DNA of 64,000 bases. Source: Chloroflexota bacterium. GTDB taxonomy: Bacteria > Chloroflexota > Dehalococcoidia > Lucifugimonadales > JADFKI01. Location of the stretch: positions 57,616-121,615 of the forward strand of contig JAQBUT010000006.1 in NCBI GenBank assembly GCA_027623195.1. The letters run 5' to 3'. The translations under genes were made by a program, and so were the position numbers. Position 1 is the first letter of the stretch. Each line of letters begins with the position of its first letter. Positions 51,138 through 60,671 of the stretch are shown here, piece by piece. The notes beneath the pieces were generated by a model that ran no database searches, was not told where the DNA came from, and saw only the letters and a list, made by a program, of their open reading frames with translations.

Positions 51138-52849
51138 ACAGTCACACCCTCTTTCTTTTCCTGCGCCACCCGCTCGGTAATTCGCTTGGCAAGGTCTGCA
51201 ACTTTGAACGGCAGACCCGTGTATTGCGTGATGGACACCGCCTTGACGCCTTGCGACCTTAAAATTCCCGACATCTGGCCCATGTAATTTAACTCAGGGA
51301 CGATTACCAGAGATTTTTTCTTCAATTCCTCTAGCATTTTTACCGGTAGCGGATTAAGGAACATGGTGTAGTACCAGCCCAGGTCCGCGCCATCAGCTTG
51401 AAGTTGGGCATACGCAGACGAAGCCGGCCCCTTGGAGCCGCCCCATGGCATAATCACTATTGATGCGTCTGTGTTTTCGCTCTCGTAAGACTCATTTTCC
51501 AGAAGCTTCAGCTTGCTGAACCGTCGTTCGGTCATCTGGATGTGGCGCTCGGCAAGATGCGTGGTATCGCCCATAACGTCGTGTTCGCTTCCGTTGGCTA
51601 TGTAGCTGCCGGGGGTCCCAGGGATGGGCATAGGAGACAACTCCCAACCGTCATACCTGTTATAGCCGTTGCTACCGGTATAGACCTTTCGATTTTCGAC
51701 TTTGAGCTTACTAATTTCAGGCTTGGGTATGTTCTGCCTGCGCTCGGAAAGCATATGTTCGCTGAGTAGTATCACAGGACCCTGGTAACGCTCAGCCCAG
51801 TTGAATGCCATTACCGAGGCGTAAAAGCACTCCTCAACAGTGCCTGGCGCGATTATTGGCATCGATATATCGCCGTGGCCAGGAGTCAAAGCCATCAGCA
51901 GGTCTGACTGCTCAGTCTTGGTAGGCAGGCCCGTAGACGGACCGCCGCGCTGCACATCCACTATCACCAGCGGAACCTCGGCCATCCATGCCAAGCCAAG
52001 ACCCTCGCCCATGAGAGAGAGGCCCGGTCCGGCAGTAGCGCTCATCGCCTTTCGTCCGGCGTAGCCCCCGCCAAAAACGGCGTTGATGGCCTCAATTTCC
52101 GAGCTGGCCTGATATACGAACTTGCCCTCGCCCGTCAGGTTGCGTTCCATCCACAACAAGATGGCCGTTGCAGGAGAGATGGGATATCCGACGTAGAAAT
52201 TAACGCCTGCCGCGATCGCGCCTACCGCCACAGCTTCGTTACCGTTAATAAGAATCTGGTCGCCTTCCGGCTTCTCGGGCGGCGCAAGCTCTCCGAGGCT
52301 GAAGCCGCTCTTTTCGGCCTCCTGCCTACCGAGGGTAAGAGCCTTTATATTTGCGATGATTATCTCTTCGTCGCCTTCACGACCTCGCGTGAACCGCTCC
52401 CTGACAAAGTCATCCAGAATCTGCTGAGACATTCCGACAAGGTACGCCAGAGCACCCAGTACAATCATGTTCTCTGCCCTGGCATTCCCAGTCTGCTTGG
52501 CCAGCTTAGCGAATTCCATGCCAAAGCTATTGCCACCAGACTCAGGCTGGAACGCCCCGGAGTTGAAGATGACTACGCCACCGTCGCTCACCTCGTCCTT
52601 GTGAGCCATATAAGCCTCCTCGTTGAACGCCACCAAGACGTCCAGCGAGTCGCCGGAGCTGAGTACGGGAGATGTAGAAACTCTAGCCTGAGCCCATGTA
52701 GGGCCTCCCATTATTTGGGAAGGAAACGTAACGAAAGTCTGCACGTTATAGCCTACGCTACTTGCAGCCTGAGCCAGTCCCTCGGATGAGGTGACCATAC
52801 CCTGACCACCCTCGCCAGCGAACCGGACTACGAAGTCGTTTTTCTGCAA
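51134..52849 (-). CDS. 2-oxoacid:ferredoxin oxidoreductase alpha subunit (gamma-alpha fusion)
   Basis: AGEGGQG, GYPISPA, QRGGPSTGLPTKTEQSD. Confidence 0.93.
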   Translation of the reverse strand: MQKNDFVVRFAGEGGQGMVTSSEGLAQAASSVGYNVQTFVTFPSQIMGGPTWAQARVSTSPVLSSGDSLDVLVAFNEEAYMAHKDEVSDGGVVIFNSGAFQPESGGNSFGMEFAKLAKQTGNARAENMIVLGALAYLVGMSQQILDDFVRERFTRGREGDEEIIIANIKALTLGRQEAEKSGFSLGELAPPEKPEGDQILINGNEAVAVGAIAAGVNFYVGYPISPATAILLWMERNLTGEGKFVYQASSEIEAINAVFGGGYAGRKAMSATAGPGLSLMGEGLGLAWMAEVPLVIVDVQRGGPSTGLPTKTEQSDLLMALTPGHGDISMPIIAPGTVEECFYASVMAFNWAERYQGPVILLSEHMLSERRQNIPKPEISKLKVENRKVYTGSNGYNRYDGWELSPMPIPGTPGSYIANGSEHDVMGDTTHLAERHIQMTERRFSKLKLLENESYESENTDASIVIMPWGGSKGPASSAYAQLQADGADLGWYYTMFLNPLPVKMLEELKKKSLVIVPELNYMGQMSGILRSQGVKAVSITQYTGLPFKVADLAKRITERVAQEKKEGVTV

Positions 52850-53074
52850 CTCAATGCCTCCAGCCGATTTGGTGTGCGGCGCAGCACATCCACGGATTTT
52901 CTAATTATAAGTTGAATAAGTGGTAATCTTCGGCAACCCAGCGCAACCTGGCTTCTCGATTACCCGTGAAAGATATAGCTGACTTGCGTGCAAATTTGGT
53001 GTTTTAGGACTGTCCGTTTACAGGGGTATTCTGCAGTTTATGGGCTGTTTTTATTAGCTTATGATGCGCCTAAT

Positions 53075-53123
53075 ACTATATCAGGCCAATATTTAGGGTG
53101 TCAATTTTGTGAAGGTTCGCACA
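53075..53123 (-). promoter_or_regulatory. sigma70 promoter for the oxidoreductase operon with adjacent CRP/Rex-like site
   Basis: Minus strand TTGACA (53104-53099)-18 bp-TATAGT with TG extension; TGTGA-N6-GCACA at 53108-53123. Confidence 0.55.
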
Positions 53124-53224
53124 TTCGCCAATTTTAGAACTGACACCTGGAATCCTAAATAACCTGAAATCCTAGCCATGTAAACGCCTTTTTAATGGGC
53201 AGGCAGGAGACCCCCCCTCCGCGA

Positions 53225-53893
53225 TCACTCCTCAATGACGAACTGAAAGGCTACCGGCGCGACAACCAGGAATATAGCGTCGAAAACGGCCAGAAACGGC
53301 AGCCAGCGCGTGAAGCTAGCATCGCCCTGTAACACTGAGGCCGAAGCCTCCACCGCCGCGATAATGGCCGGCACTACCACGGGGAAGAACAGCACAGGCA
53401 GCATCACCTCCCGGGAGCGCGTATTTACGGCCATGGCGGAGAATACTGTCCCCACCGTCGCCAACGCCAGCGTCGCCAACAGGGCAATGGGTATCAGGCC
53501 CGGCATTAGCAGTGAGAAGTTGTACATGACGGCGAACACGGGGAAAATCAAGGCTTCCACGACCACCATGAACAGGAAATTGCCAAGCATCTTGCCAAAG
53601 AAAATAACGTCCCGGCCAACCGGGGCCGTCATTAGACCATGAATGTTTCCGCCATCCTTTTCCAGGGCGAAGGATCGGTTCAGGCCAAGCACTCCTCCGA
53701 AGGTAATAGCTATCCACAGTACCCCGGGGGCCACGATGGTCACAGTCTGCGGCGTTGGGCTCACGGCGAAGTTGAACACGACGATAACAAGGAGTGCGAA
53801 AACCAACACCGAGACGATAATGTCCTTCGAACGCGTCTCCAGCAAAACGTCCTTCCACAGGATGGAAAACACTGGGTACACGAAGTCCCTCAT
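53225..53893 (-). CDS. ccmB: Heme exporter protein B
   Basis: KDVLLETRSK, PGVLW, RSFALEKDGG, REVMLPVL. Confidence 0.9.
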   Translation of the reverse strand: MRDFVYPVFSILWKDVLLETRSKDIIVSVLVFALLVIVVFNFAVSPTPQTVTIVAPGVLWIAITFGGVLGLNRSFALEKDGGNIHGLMTAPVGRDVIFFGKMLGNFLFMVVVEALIFPVFAVMYNFSLLMPGLIPIALLATLALATVGTVFSAMAVNTRSREVMLPVLFFPVVVPAIIAAVEASASVLQGDASFTRWLPFLAVFDAIFLVVAPVAFQFVIEE

Positions 53894-54633
53894 TGAGTGT
53901 CTCCAGCGGACACGCCCGCGTATTCGAAATACCTTTTTTTCAGGTCTTCAGCAGATACAGAATCTGCCGCCCCCTCGTAGGAGATGACTCCCCGCGATAT
54001 GATGGCCATGCGATCGCTGAGCGCGATGCCACGGTCCAGGTTGTGGGTAGTCATGAGAACAGTCCTGTAGGGGTCGGTCTTGTCCAGGATCACATCTTCC
54101 AGCAAGGCCAGAGCATCTTGGTCCAGGCCGCTCTCAGGCTCGTCCATTATCAAGATTAGCGGGTCGTGCAGCAGGGCGCGGGCTATGCTGAAGCGTTTCT
54201 TCATGCCATGGGATAGGGTACCCACCCGCTGGTGCAGCCGAGCAGTCATGCCCATTCGGTCCGCTACAGACTCTATGTGCCGCTCGACAGATTCCAGACG
54301 GAACATGCGGGCGTAAAACTTGAGGTTTTCATAGCCTGTTAGCTCGTCATAGAGCAGGGCGTCGTGGGTGACGAGACCGATGATTCGCCTGGCCCGGTTT
54401 CCTCTTCGCCGGATGTCGGCACCGGCCACCTGTATGGTCCCATCGTCGGGCCGTATAAGGGCTGCCAGGGTCTTGATGAGCGTGGTCTTGCCGGAGCCGT
54501 TGGGCCCAAGAATAGTCATCACCTTGCCCCAGGGCACCTCCAGGTCGAGGCCTCGCAGCACCTGAGTGCGACCGTACGCCTTACGCAGGCCATTAACCTT
54601 GATGGCCAGGCCCTGGAGATCACCTTCGGCCAT
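53890..54633 (-). CDS. ccmA: Heme exporter ATP-binding protein (start uncertain)
   Basis: GPNGSGKT, LSHGMKKR, MDEP; ATGA overlap with ccmB. Confidence 0.85.
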   Translation of the reverse strand: MAEGDLQGLAIKVNGLRKAYGRTQVLRGLDLEVPWGKVMTILGPNGSGKTTLIKTLAALIRPDDGTIQVAGADIRRRGNRARRIIGLVTHDALLYDELTGYENLKFYARMFRLESVERHIESVADRMGMTARLHQRVGTLSHGMKKRFSIARALLHDPLILIMDEPESGLDQDALALLEDVILDKTDPYRTVLMTTHNLDRGIALSDRMAIISRGVISYEGAADSVSAEDLKKRYFEYAGVSAGDTQ

Positions 54634-54774
54634 GGCCTGAGTTGCTGCCTCGGCACTCGCCTTTAAGTTTCCTTTTCGCGTTTCCCTAGCCCCCGATGGA
54701 AGATAAAGGTAGTATAAAGGAATAGGTGTCATATGGCTGGCGAAGGCCAGAAGCAGAGGGAAAAGGAGAGCGGC

Positions 54775-55206
54775 ATGGCGACTATTCAGGAATTGAAGGA
54801 ACAGTACGAAGGCCTCAACGAACTGGACCATACTTTCAATATGGAGTCTGAGGACAAGATCAATTCCGACTGCCTCATTACCTTCGATTATGAATACGCC
54901 GGTCAGGAGGCAGAGGTAGCCATTGATACCGATGAGTTCACCGCAGTGTGTCCGTGGACTGGACTGCCGGACTTCGGTACGCTCATCATCAAGTACGTTC
55001 CAAGCGATACCTGCATCGAGCTAAAGTCTCTGAAGTACTACCTGCTTTCGTACACCAGCGTGGGAATTGTGCAGGAGCACGCGGCCAACCGGGTGCTCAA
55101 CGACCTGGTTGCCCTATGCAAACCCGTTCGTATGGATATCACGTTGGACTACAAGGTTCGCGGCGGCCTGCATACCGTTGTCAGGGCAAAGTACGAGAGT
55201 GTGTGA
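54775..55206 (+). CDS. queF: NADPH-dependent preQ0 reductase (type I)
   Basis: EFTAVCPWTGLPDFG, IELKSLKYYL, QEH, RGG; AGGAG RBS. Confidence 0.93.
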   Translation: MATIQELKEQYEGLNELDHTFNMESEDKINSDCLITFDYEYAGQEAEVAIDTDEFTAVCPWTGLPDFGTLIIKYVPSDTCIELKSLKYYLLSYTSVGIVQEHAANRVLNDLVALCKPVRMDITLDYKVRGGLHTVVRAKYESV

Positions 55207-55209
55207 ACG

Positions 55210-55291
55210 CACCCTCACCTCGATCCTCTCCCATCAAAGGGAGAGGAGGCTGTCCCTTCCCCTGGATTGGGGAAGGGACAGGATGAGGGTG
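55210..55291. repeat. REP-like composite palindrome, copy 2
   Basis: Very similar to 12564-12650. Confidence 0.8.
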
Positions 55292-55348
55292 ATACGTCTC
55301 ATCTATTACGGCTCCTGAACCAGCAATTCCACCCATCAAGGACAACCC

Positions 55349-56092
55349 ATGACTAGCTTCGGCGTTACGCTACTTTCCGGCGGCCTGGACTCCACCACCG
55401 TCACCCAGTATGCCAAGGATAAGATCGACCATATGACGGCTCTGACCTTTCATTACGGTCAGACGCACAGCAAAGAGGTGGACTGCGCCCAGCAGATCGC
55501 GGAGATGATGGGCATTAAGCACAAACTGCTGGACATCTCGTTTCTTAGCGAGGTGGCCTGGTACTCGGCTCTGACCAATCCAGACCAGTTCCCCATGCCC
55601 ACGGACAGGTCCGAGAATGAGATTGGCTTCGGCATCCCTATTACCTACGTACCACTGCGCAACACCATCTTCCTTTCGCTATCCGCTGCTTTTCTGGAAA
55701 GCGAGGTTTTGCACGCCATTGAGGTGGGCGGCTTGAGCCCGTCCGACGTGGAGGCGTACCTTTACCTGGCGCCCAACGCCATCGACTACAGCGGCTACCC
55801 AGACTGCCGGCCGGAATACTACGAGAAGATCACGCAGGCGCTGGAGTACGGCAGCAAGCTGTGGACTCAGTACGACATTCCAATCAAGGTCGAAACGCCC
55901 ATCATAGAGATGTCCAAAGCGGAGATTGCCGAGATGGGTTTGCGAATAAAGGCGCCTCTGGAGTACACGTGGAGCTGCTACCAGGGCGGGGACGTGCCAT
56001 GTGGTGGATGCGACAGTTGCGTTCTCCGAGCCAAAGGCTTCGAGGAGGCCGGTGTGTCCGACCCTCTGTTGGTGCGTCTAGGCCGGACCTAG
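55349..56092 (+). CDS. queC: 7-cyano-7-deazaguanine synthase
   Basis: LSGGLDS, YGQTH, TYVPLRN, SGYPDCRP, TWSCY..CGGCDSC. Confidence 0.95.
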   Translation: MTSFGVTLLSGGLDSTTVTQYAKDKIDHMTALTFHYGQTHSKEVDCAQQIAEMMGIKHKLLDISFLSEVAWYSALTNPDQFPMPTDRSENEIGFGIPITYVPLRNTIFLSLSAAFLESEVLHAIEVGGLSPSDVEAYLYLAPNAIDYSGYPDCRPEYYEKITQALEYGSKLWTQYDIPIKVETPIIEMSKAEIAEMGLRIKAPLEYTWSCYQGGDVPCGGCDSCVLRAKGFEEAGVSDPLLVRLGRT

Positions 56093-56115
56093 GTTTAACC
56101 TGAAGAGAGGCAAGC

Positions 56116-56250
56116 AAAAAAACCTCTCAACTCCTCGCGGGCTTAAGGTCGCCCCAGGTGCGCCGCGAGGAGTTATCGAGAGACATCTTAGCGGCATATG
56201 TTTTGGAGAGACCTTCGAGTAAACCCTGCGGGAGGCCTTACTCGAGTGTT
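56116..56250 (-). ncRNA. Candidate structured small RNA (family not recognised)
   Basis: Minus strand: promoter-like ATGACT-18-TAACTT with TG extension, 5' hairpin, CU-rich linker, long 3' stem, T7 tract. Confidence 0.5.
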
Positions 56251-56303
56251 ATGAAGTTAACACCCCTCATATGAGGAAGTCATGAGGAATTTTTTGGATT
56301 CTT

Positions 56304-57047
56304 TTGAATAGAGCAGACGAAGTGCCATTGATAGCGGAGCAGCTAAAACTTAGCCGTCAACCTTCCGGTGAGCCGGAGATTTTCCACTCGCTGCAGGGCG
56401 AGGGGCATAGCGTCGGCACGCCCACTGTGTTTCTGCGGCTGGCCCTCTGCAATCTGACGTGCTCCTGGTGCGATACCAAGTACACCTGGGACTGGGCCAA
56501 TTTCGATCCCAAGAAGGAGATTCTGTCGCTCTCGTTAGAGGCTATCGAAGAACGCATCCTCTCGTACGACTGTCCGCACCTGGTTATCACCGGCGGCGAG
56601 CCCATGATGCAGCAGGACGCACTGGCCCCACTTGCTCTCTCCTTGAAAGACAAGGGCTTCTACATTGAAGTGGAGACGAACGGCACCCTCGCTCCCAACG
56701 CCGAAATGAACAGCGCCGTATCTCAATGGAACGTGTCTCCCAAGCTGGCCAACTCGGGGGTCGCCTCCGATAGGCGTGAGGTTCCAGACGCGCTTACCGC
56801 CTTTGCCGAAATCGAAACGGCCTACTTCAAGTTCGTGATGGCGCAGCCCCAGGACGTGAACGAGGTGCTGACACTGGTGGACCGGTACGCTATTCCGCCT
56901 CAGCAAGTCATCCTGATGCCTCAGGGCACCACGCGAAAGGCTATCGAAGAGGGTAGCCAGTGGATGACGGACCTTTGCACGAAGCACGGCTTCCGCTTCT
57001 CGACCCGCATGCACATCCTCCTCTGGGGCGACAAACGCGGTCGTTAA
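56304..57047 (+). CDS. queE: 7-carboxy-7-deazaguanine synthase (radical SAM)
   Basis: EIFHSLQGEG, CNLTCSWCDT, ITGGEP, ETNGT, VSPK. Confidence 0.95.
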   Translation: MNRADEVPLIAEQLKLSRQPSGEPEIFHSLQGEGHSVGTPTVFLRLALCNLTCSWCDTKYTWDWANFDPKKEILSLSLEAIEERILSYDCPHLVITGGEPMMQQDALAPLALSLKDKGFYIEVETNGTLAPNAEMNSAVSQWNVSPKLANSGVASDRREVPDALTAFAEIETAYFKFVMAQPQDVNEVLTLVDRYAIPPQQVILMPQGTTRKAIEEGSQWMTDLCTKHGFRFSTRMHILLWGDKRGR

Positions 57048-57151
57048 TTCTGGATGGCATTGGCAGTGCGCCAGTGGGGGACAAGACTTAACTGGGATTC
57101 AAAGGGTGAGTGAAGACGAAGGTTCTGCATGGACAAGGACATTGGGTTATC

Positions 57152-57478
57152 TTAGCCAATCACAGGGCCCAGAAAGATGTCGTCGCCATCCACACGAACG
57201 GCGTAACGGGCTACCGACTCCGTGGCCGGTCCCTGCGTGACCTCACCGGTCTTTAGGCAGAAGCGGCTACCATGCCAAGGACACTCGATCTGATCGCCGT
57301 CGATGAAGCCGTCTGCTAGCGGACCGTTGGAGTGACCGCACATCTCGTTAATGGCGTAGATCTCACCTTCCAGCTTGGAAAGCACAATCAGTTCACGAGC
57401 AACCTCAACCGCCACGATCTGGCCTTCTTCGATATCGGATACCTGGGCTACTTTTTTAAAATCAGCTTCTTCAGTCAT
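57152..57478 (-). CDS. Rieske [2Fe-2S] ferredoxin
   Basis: CGH..CPWHGSRF. Confidence 0.9.
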   Translation of the reverse strand: MTEEADFKKVAQVSDIEEGQIVAVEVARELIVLSKLEGEIYAINEMCGHSNGPLADGFIDGDQIECPWHGSRFCLKTGEVTQGPATESVARYAVRVDGDDIFLGPVIG

Positions 57479-57533
57479 TGGTTCCCTCCCCCTTGGTTCT
57501 GACTACCCCAGAAGTATAAAGGGTAAGTCAGCG

Positions 57534-57557
57534 CCCTTCGACAGACTCAGGACGAAC
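57534..57557. repeat. REP-like element, CCCTTCGAC-type
   Basis: CCCTTCGACAGACTCAGGACGAAC; similar to 24280 and 10127. Confidence 0.6.
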
Positions 57558-57588
57558 GTTCAATAATAATTTAGCAGCTAGGGGAAAA

Positions 57589-57962
57589 CTACGTCGTCGG
57601 AACAGTAGCTTCTGACGTGGCAAGCCGACGCACCACGTCCTCGTCTACTTCGATGCCCAGACCGGGACTTGTGGGCACGACCACAGTGCTGTCAATCATT
57701 TCGAAGGGCGTCAATGAAAGGCCGTCGCGGATTCCACTGGGAGTCCCGTCGTACTCCATCACCCGCTCCTAGGCATAAGGCTGCGGGTCTCTGGCGGGAG
57801 GGACAGGGCGGCAGCGTGGCCCACGCCCCAGCCGGTAATGCGCTCGTCGGTCTCGATCTTCACTACATCGATTGAGCGATGGGATAGCCAGCCGTTAGAC
57901 CAGCCAAACGACCGTTCCAATGGTGATTTCAGATTGAAGCCCTCTACCCCGGTGGTGTGCAT
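57589..57962 (-). pseudogene. Mandelate racemase/enolase-superfamily relic with large internal deletion
   Basis: N-term ..VVKIETDERITGWG joined almost directly to C-term ..MEYD..VVVPTSPGLGIEVDEDVVRR in another frame. Confidence 0.7.
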
Positions 57963-58151
57963 TAAAGCACGCCTTTTATCACGTTTATGGAATGCCTTAG
58001 AAATTCAGGGAGTCTAGAGAGGCGGCCAGGGGATGTCAATGCGGTGAACTGGCCTGCAGTACGCCAATACGGTAAACTGTGGGCTGCCAGCGAACCATTT
58101 GAAATTGGGTGCCGGCATAAGATCAGATATAAAGACTGGAGGCCTGAGGCA

Positions 58152-58943
58152 ATGACCAAGTTCGCGCGTTACGAGGTTGGCGGCAACATTTCATACGGAA
58201 TAGTGGAAGGCGACAACGTTAAGGACATAAGCACTGCGCCTTACGAAACCTACACGGAAACAGGCTCAACTCACAGCCTTTCCGATGTAAAACTGCTTGC
58301 GCCCGTAATGCCAGGCAAGATCATCGCCATCGGCCGCAATTACGTTAGCCACCTGGACCACTCGGCGTCCCTGGTGGGCGGCGACATGGAGCTACCCAAG
58401 GTACCCGAGCCGTTCTTCAAGACCCCTTCATCGGTCATCGGGCCTAACGATCCCATCATTCTGCCAAAAGAGGTCGCCGAAGAGGGCGTTCTGGTAGAAG
58501 AGGAGGCCGAGCTGACGCTGGTAATCGGCAAACGTTGCCGCCGAGCAAACCAGGCCAACGCCTTCGATTACGTTCTGGGCGTGACCTGCGGCAACGATGT
58601 CAGCGCTCGCGACTGGCAAAAAGATGACCTTTCGTGGTGGCGCGCCAAGTCTAGCGACACCTTTAGCCCAATCGGGCCTTACATCGTGACTGGCCTGGAC
58701 GCCGACAACCTGCTTTTAACGGGCCGAATCAACGGCGAGGTCATTCAGCAGTCCAGCACAACTGACCTGGCCCACAACTGCCGACGCATCATCGAGTTCG
58801 TTAGCGCCGTCGTCACCCTGGAACCCGGAGACGTCATCATGACGGGCACCCCCGGCTCACCTGGACAGATAAAGCCCGGCGACGTCGTAGAGGTGGAGTT
58901 AGAGGGCGTAGGCATTCTCAGCAACCCGGTGCAGGCCGAATAG
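58152..58943 (+). CDS. Fumarylacetoacetate hydrolase family protein
   Basis: KIIAIGRNY, PFFKTPSS, EAEL, NDVSARDWQ, RAKSSDTF, GDVIMTGTP. Confidence 0.93.
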   Translation: MTKFARYEVGGNISYGIVEGDNVKDISTAPYETYTETGSTHSLSDVKLLAPVMPGKIIAIGRNYVSHLDHSASLVGGDMELPKVPEPFFKTPSSVIGPNDPIILPKEVAEEGVLVEEEAELTLVIGKRCRRANQANAFDYVLGVTCGNDVSARDWQKDDLSWWRAKSSDTFSPIGPYIVTGLDADNLLLTGRINGEVIQQSSTTDLAHNCRRIIEFVSAVVTLEPGDVIMTGTPGSPGQIKPGDVVEVELEGVGILSNPVQAE

Positions 58944-59287
58944 CTGAAATCTGTATTAAGAATGAAATGGGGCTAAAAACTTGGGTCGGCCAGTGGGTAA
59001 TGGTCGGCCCCCTTCATCTGGGCCAGATAGCCCGACTTATCGGGGACCGGGGGGCCACAGGTGCATACTAGGACCACGTCTTGGAACTTGCTGAAGATTC
59101 CATTCGAGGTGCGCCTGTCAAACGATGGGCCTCATCAAACAGCCTCCTACGACGAGGTCGGGACGATCATCGGGCGGTTAACTCATCCAAGTTGGTAGTA
59201 GAACGTCGTGGGAATTTCGGCTTCATTTCACTGTCACATGCCGTATAGTTTGGTGTCCTTTAACTCCCATGCGGTTCAAATGAAAAC

Positions 59288-60559
59288 ATGATCACCGCCA
59301 GCATTATATTCAGCGCCACCTTTCTCGCCATAGTTCAGGGCCGAATACCTTCCGCCGTTGTCGCACTGTTGGGCGCAATGTTAATGGTGTTTTTTGGGGT
59401 GGTTGGCAGCGAAGAAGCTCTTAAGCATATCGATCTAAACGTCATCCTTCTTCTAGTCGCCATGATGACCCTGGCCGAGATACTGGGCAGGTCTGGCGTC
59501 TTCGTATGGACTGCCATTAAAGGCGCGCAACTGGTGCGAGGTCATGGAATATTGATCTTGGGGCTGTTAGCGTTAATCACGGCTGTGGCATCCGCATTTC
59601 TCGATAACGTCACTACCGTTGTGCTCATGGTTCCAGTAACAATATCGCTATGCCGCGTTCTTGACTTGAATCCTATCCCATTTCTATTGGCCGAAGTCTT
59701 CGCTTCCAACATCGGTGGGACAGCTACAGTGATCGGCGACCCTCCAAATATCATCATCGCAAGCGTAGGCGACATTAGCTTCCTCACATTTATGGTCAAT
59801 ATTGGGCCTGTGACTCTAATATCAACTGCGGTGCTTTTTCTGATGCTGTACGTATGGTTTCGCCACGACGTCAAGGTTTCTGACGAAAAACGTCAATCCA
59901 TTCTCGAACAATCGCCAAGCGATGCCATCAAAGACAAGCAGCTGCTTAAAAAGGGGCTGATCGTATTCGCGCTAACTATAGTGGGTTTCTTAATACATGA
60001 CCTGTTGAACATAAGCCCTGCTTTCGTCGCTCTGGCCGGAGCTTCGATCTTGTTGTTAATCAGCGGCTTGCAACCCCGGGAGGTACTGCAAGGCGTCGAA
60101 TAGAACGCTATCGCATTCTTCACAGGGCTGTTCATTCTCGTGGGTGGGCTTGTGGAATCTGGAGTGACGGGCGCCATACAAGAAAAAATGGTAGCCATTG
60201 CAGGGGGGAACGATTGGACATTGGCTCTGTTTTTGGTCTGGTTCGGCGGGGCCATATCCAGTATCGTAGATAATATACCGTATACCGCCACTATGGCTCA
60301 GGTCGTCAAAGAGATCACAGTGGATACGCCGAAGGATACTGTGAATCCTTTATGGTGGGCTTTGACCCTGGGCGCAGACCTGGGCGGCAACGCCACTATC
60401 GTTGGGGCATCCGCCATTGTGATAGTGGTTACGATGGCCAGAGCAGCGGGATATCCAATAGGAATTCTTCAGTTCTTTAAATACGGGGTCGTAGTGGGGG
60501 CCGTCACTTTAGTGATTTCATCACTATTTCTCTGGGTCCGGTTTTATCTACCAGTCTAG
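59288..60559 (+). pseudogene. ArsB/NhaD (P-protein-like) anion permease with in-frame TAG at 60101-60103
   Basis: SAFLDNVTT, SNIGG..IGDPPN, VDNIPY, GADLGGN; same frame runs GVE*NAIAFFTGLF. Confidence 0.85.
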
Positions 60560-60671
60560 GGTAACTTCGCAAATTGGCGCTTGAAATATAGATGTCGCCC
60601 ACAGGTCATCCATAAGATACCTTGGATGGACTTTCCCTTCGACTGTTAAAAAGCTCTTTCGGCCTCGATCC

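Noticed and set aside
54660..54774. preQ1 riboswitch upstream of queF
   Set aside because: No preQ1-I stem with the GTTC-type loop and 3' A-rich pseudoknot tail could be found by eye.
56195..56250. Glycine riboswitch suggested by GGAGAGACC on the plus strand
   Set aside because: The companion CCGAAG and CTYTCAGG elements are not present in the right order.
58944..59287. Possible ncRNA or gene relic in a GC-rich intergenic stretch
   Set aside because: Only short hairpins; no convincing ORF, motif or promoter-terminator pair.
60101..60103. Pyrrolysine recoding of the TAG
   Set aside because: Position corresponds to a conserved Trp in a transporter, one base from TGG; no pyl genes in the window.
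40614..60559. An arsenic resistance operon (ArsN-like GNAT, acr3, ArsB-like permease)
   Set aside because: Genes are about 8-9 kb apart, with no arsR or arsC; the permease is P-protein-like and interrupted.
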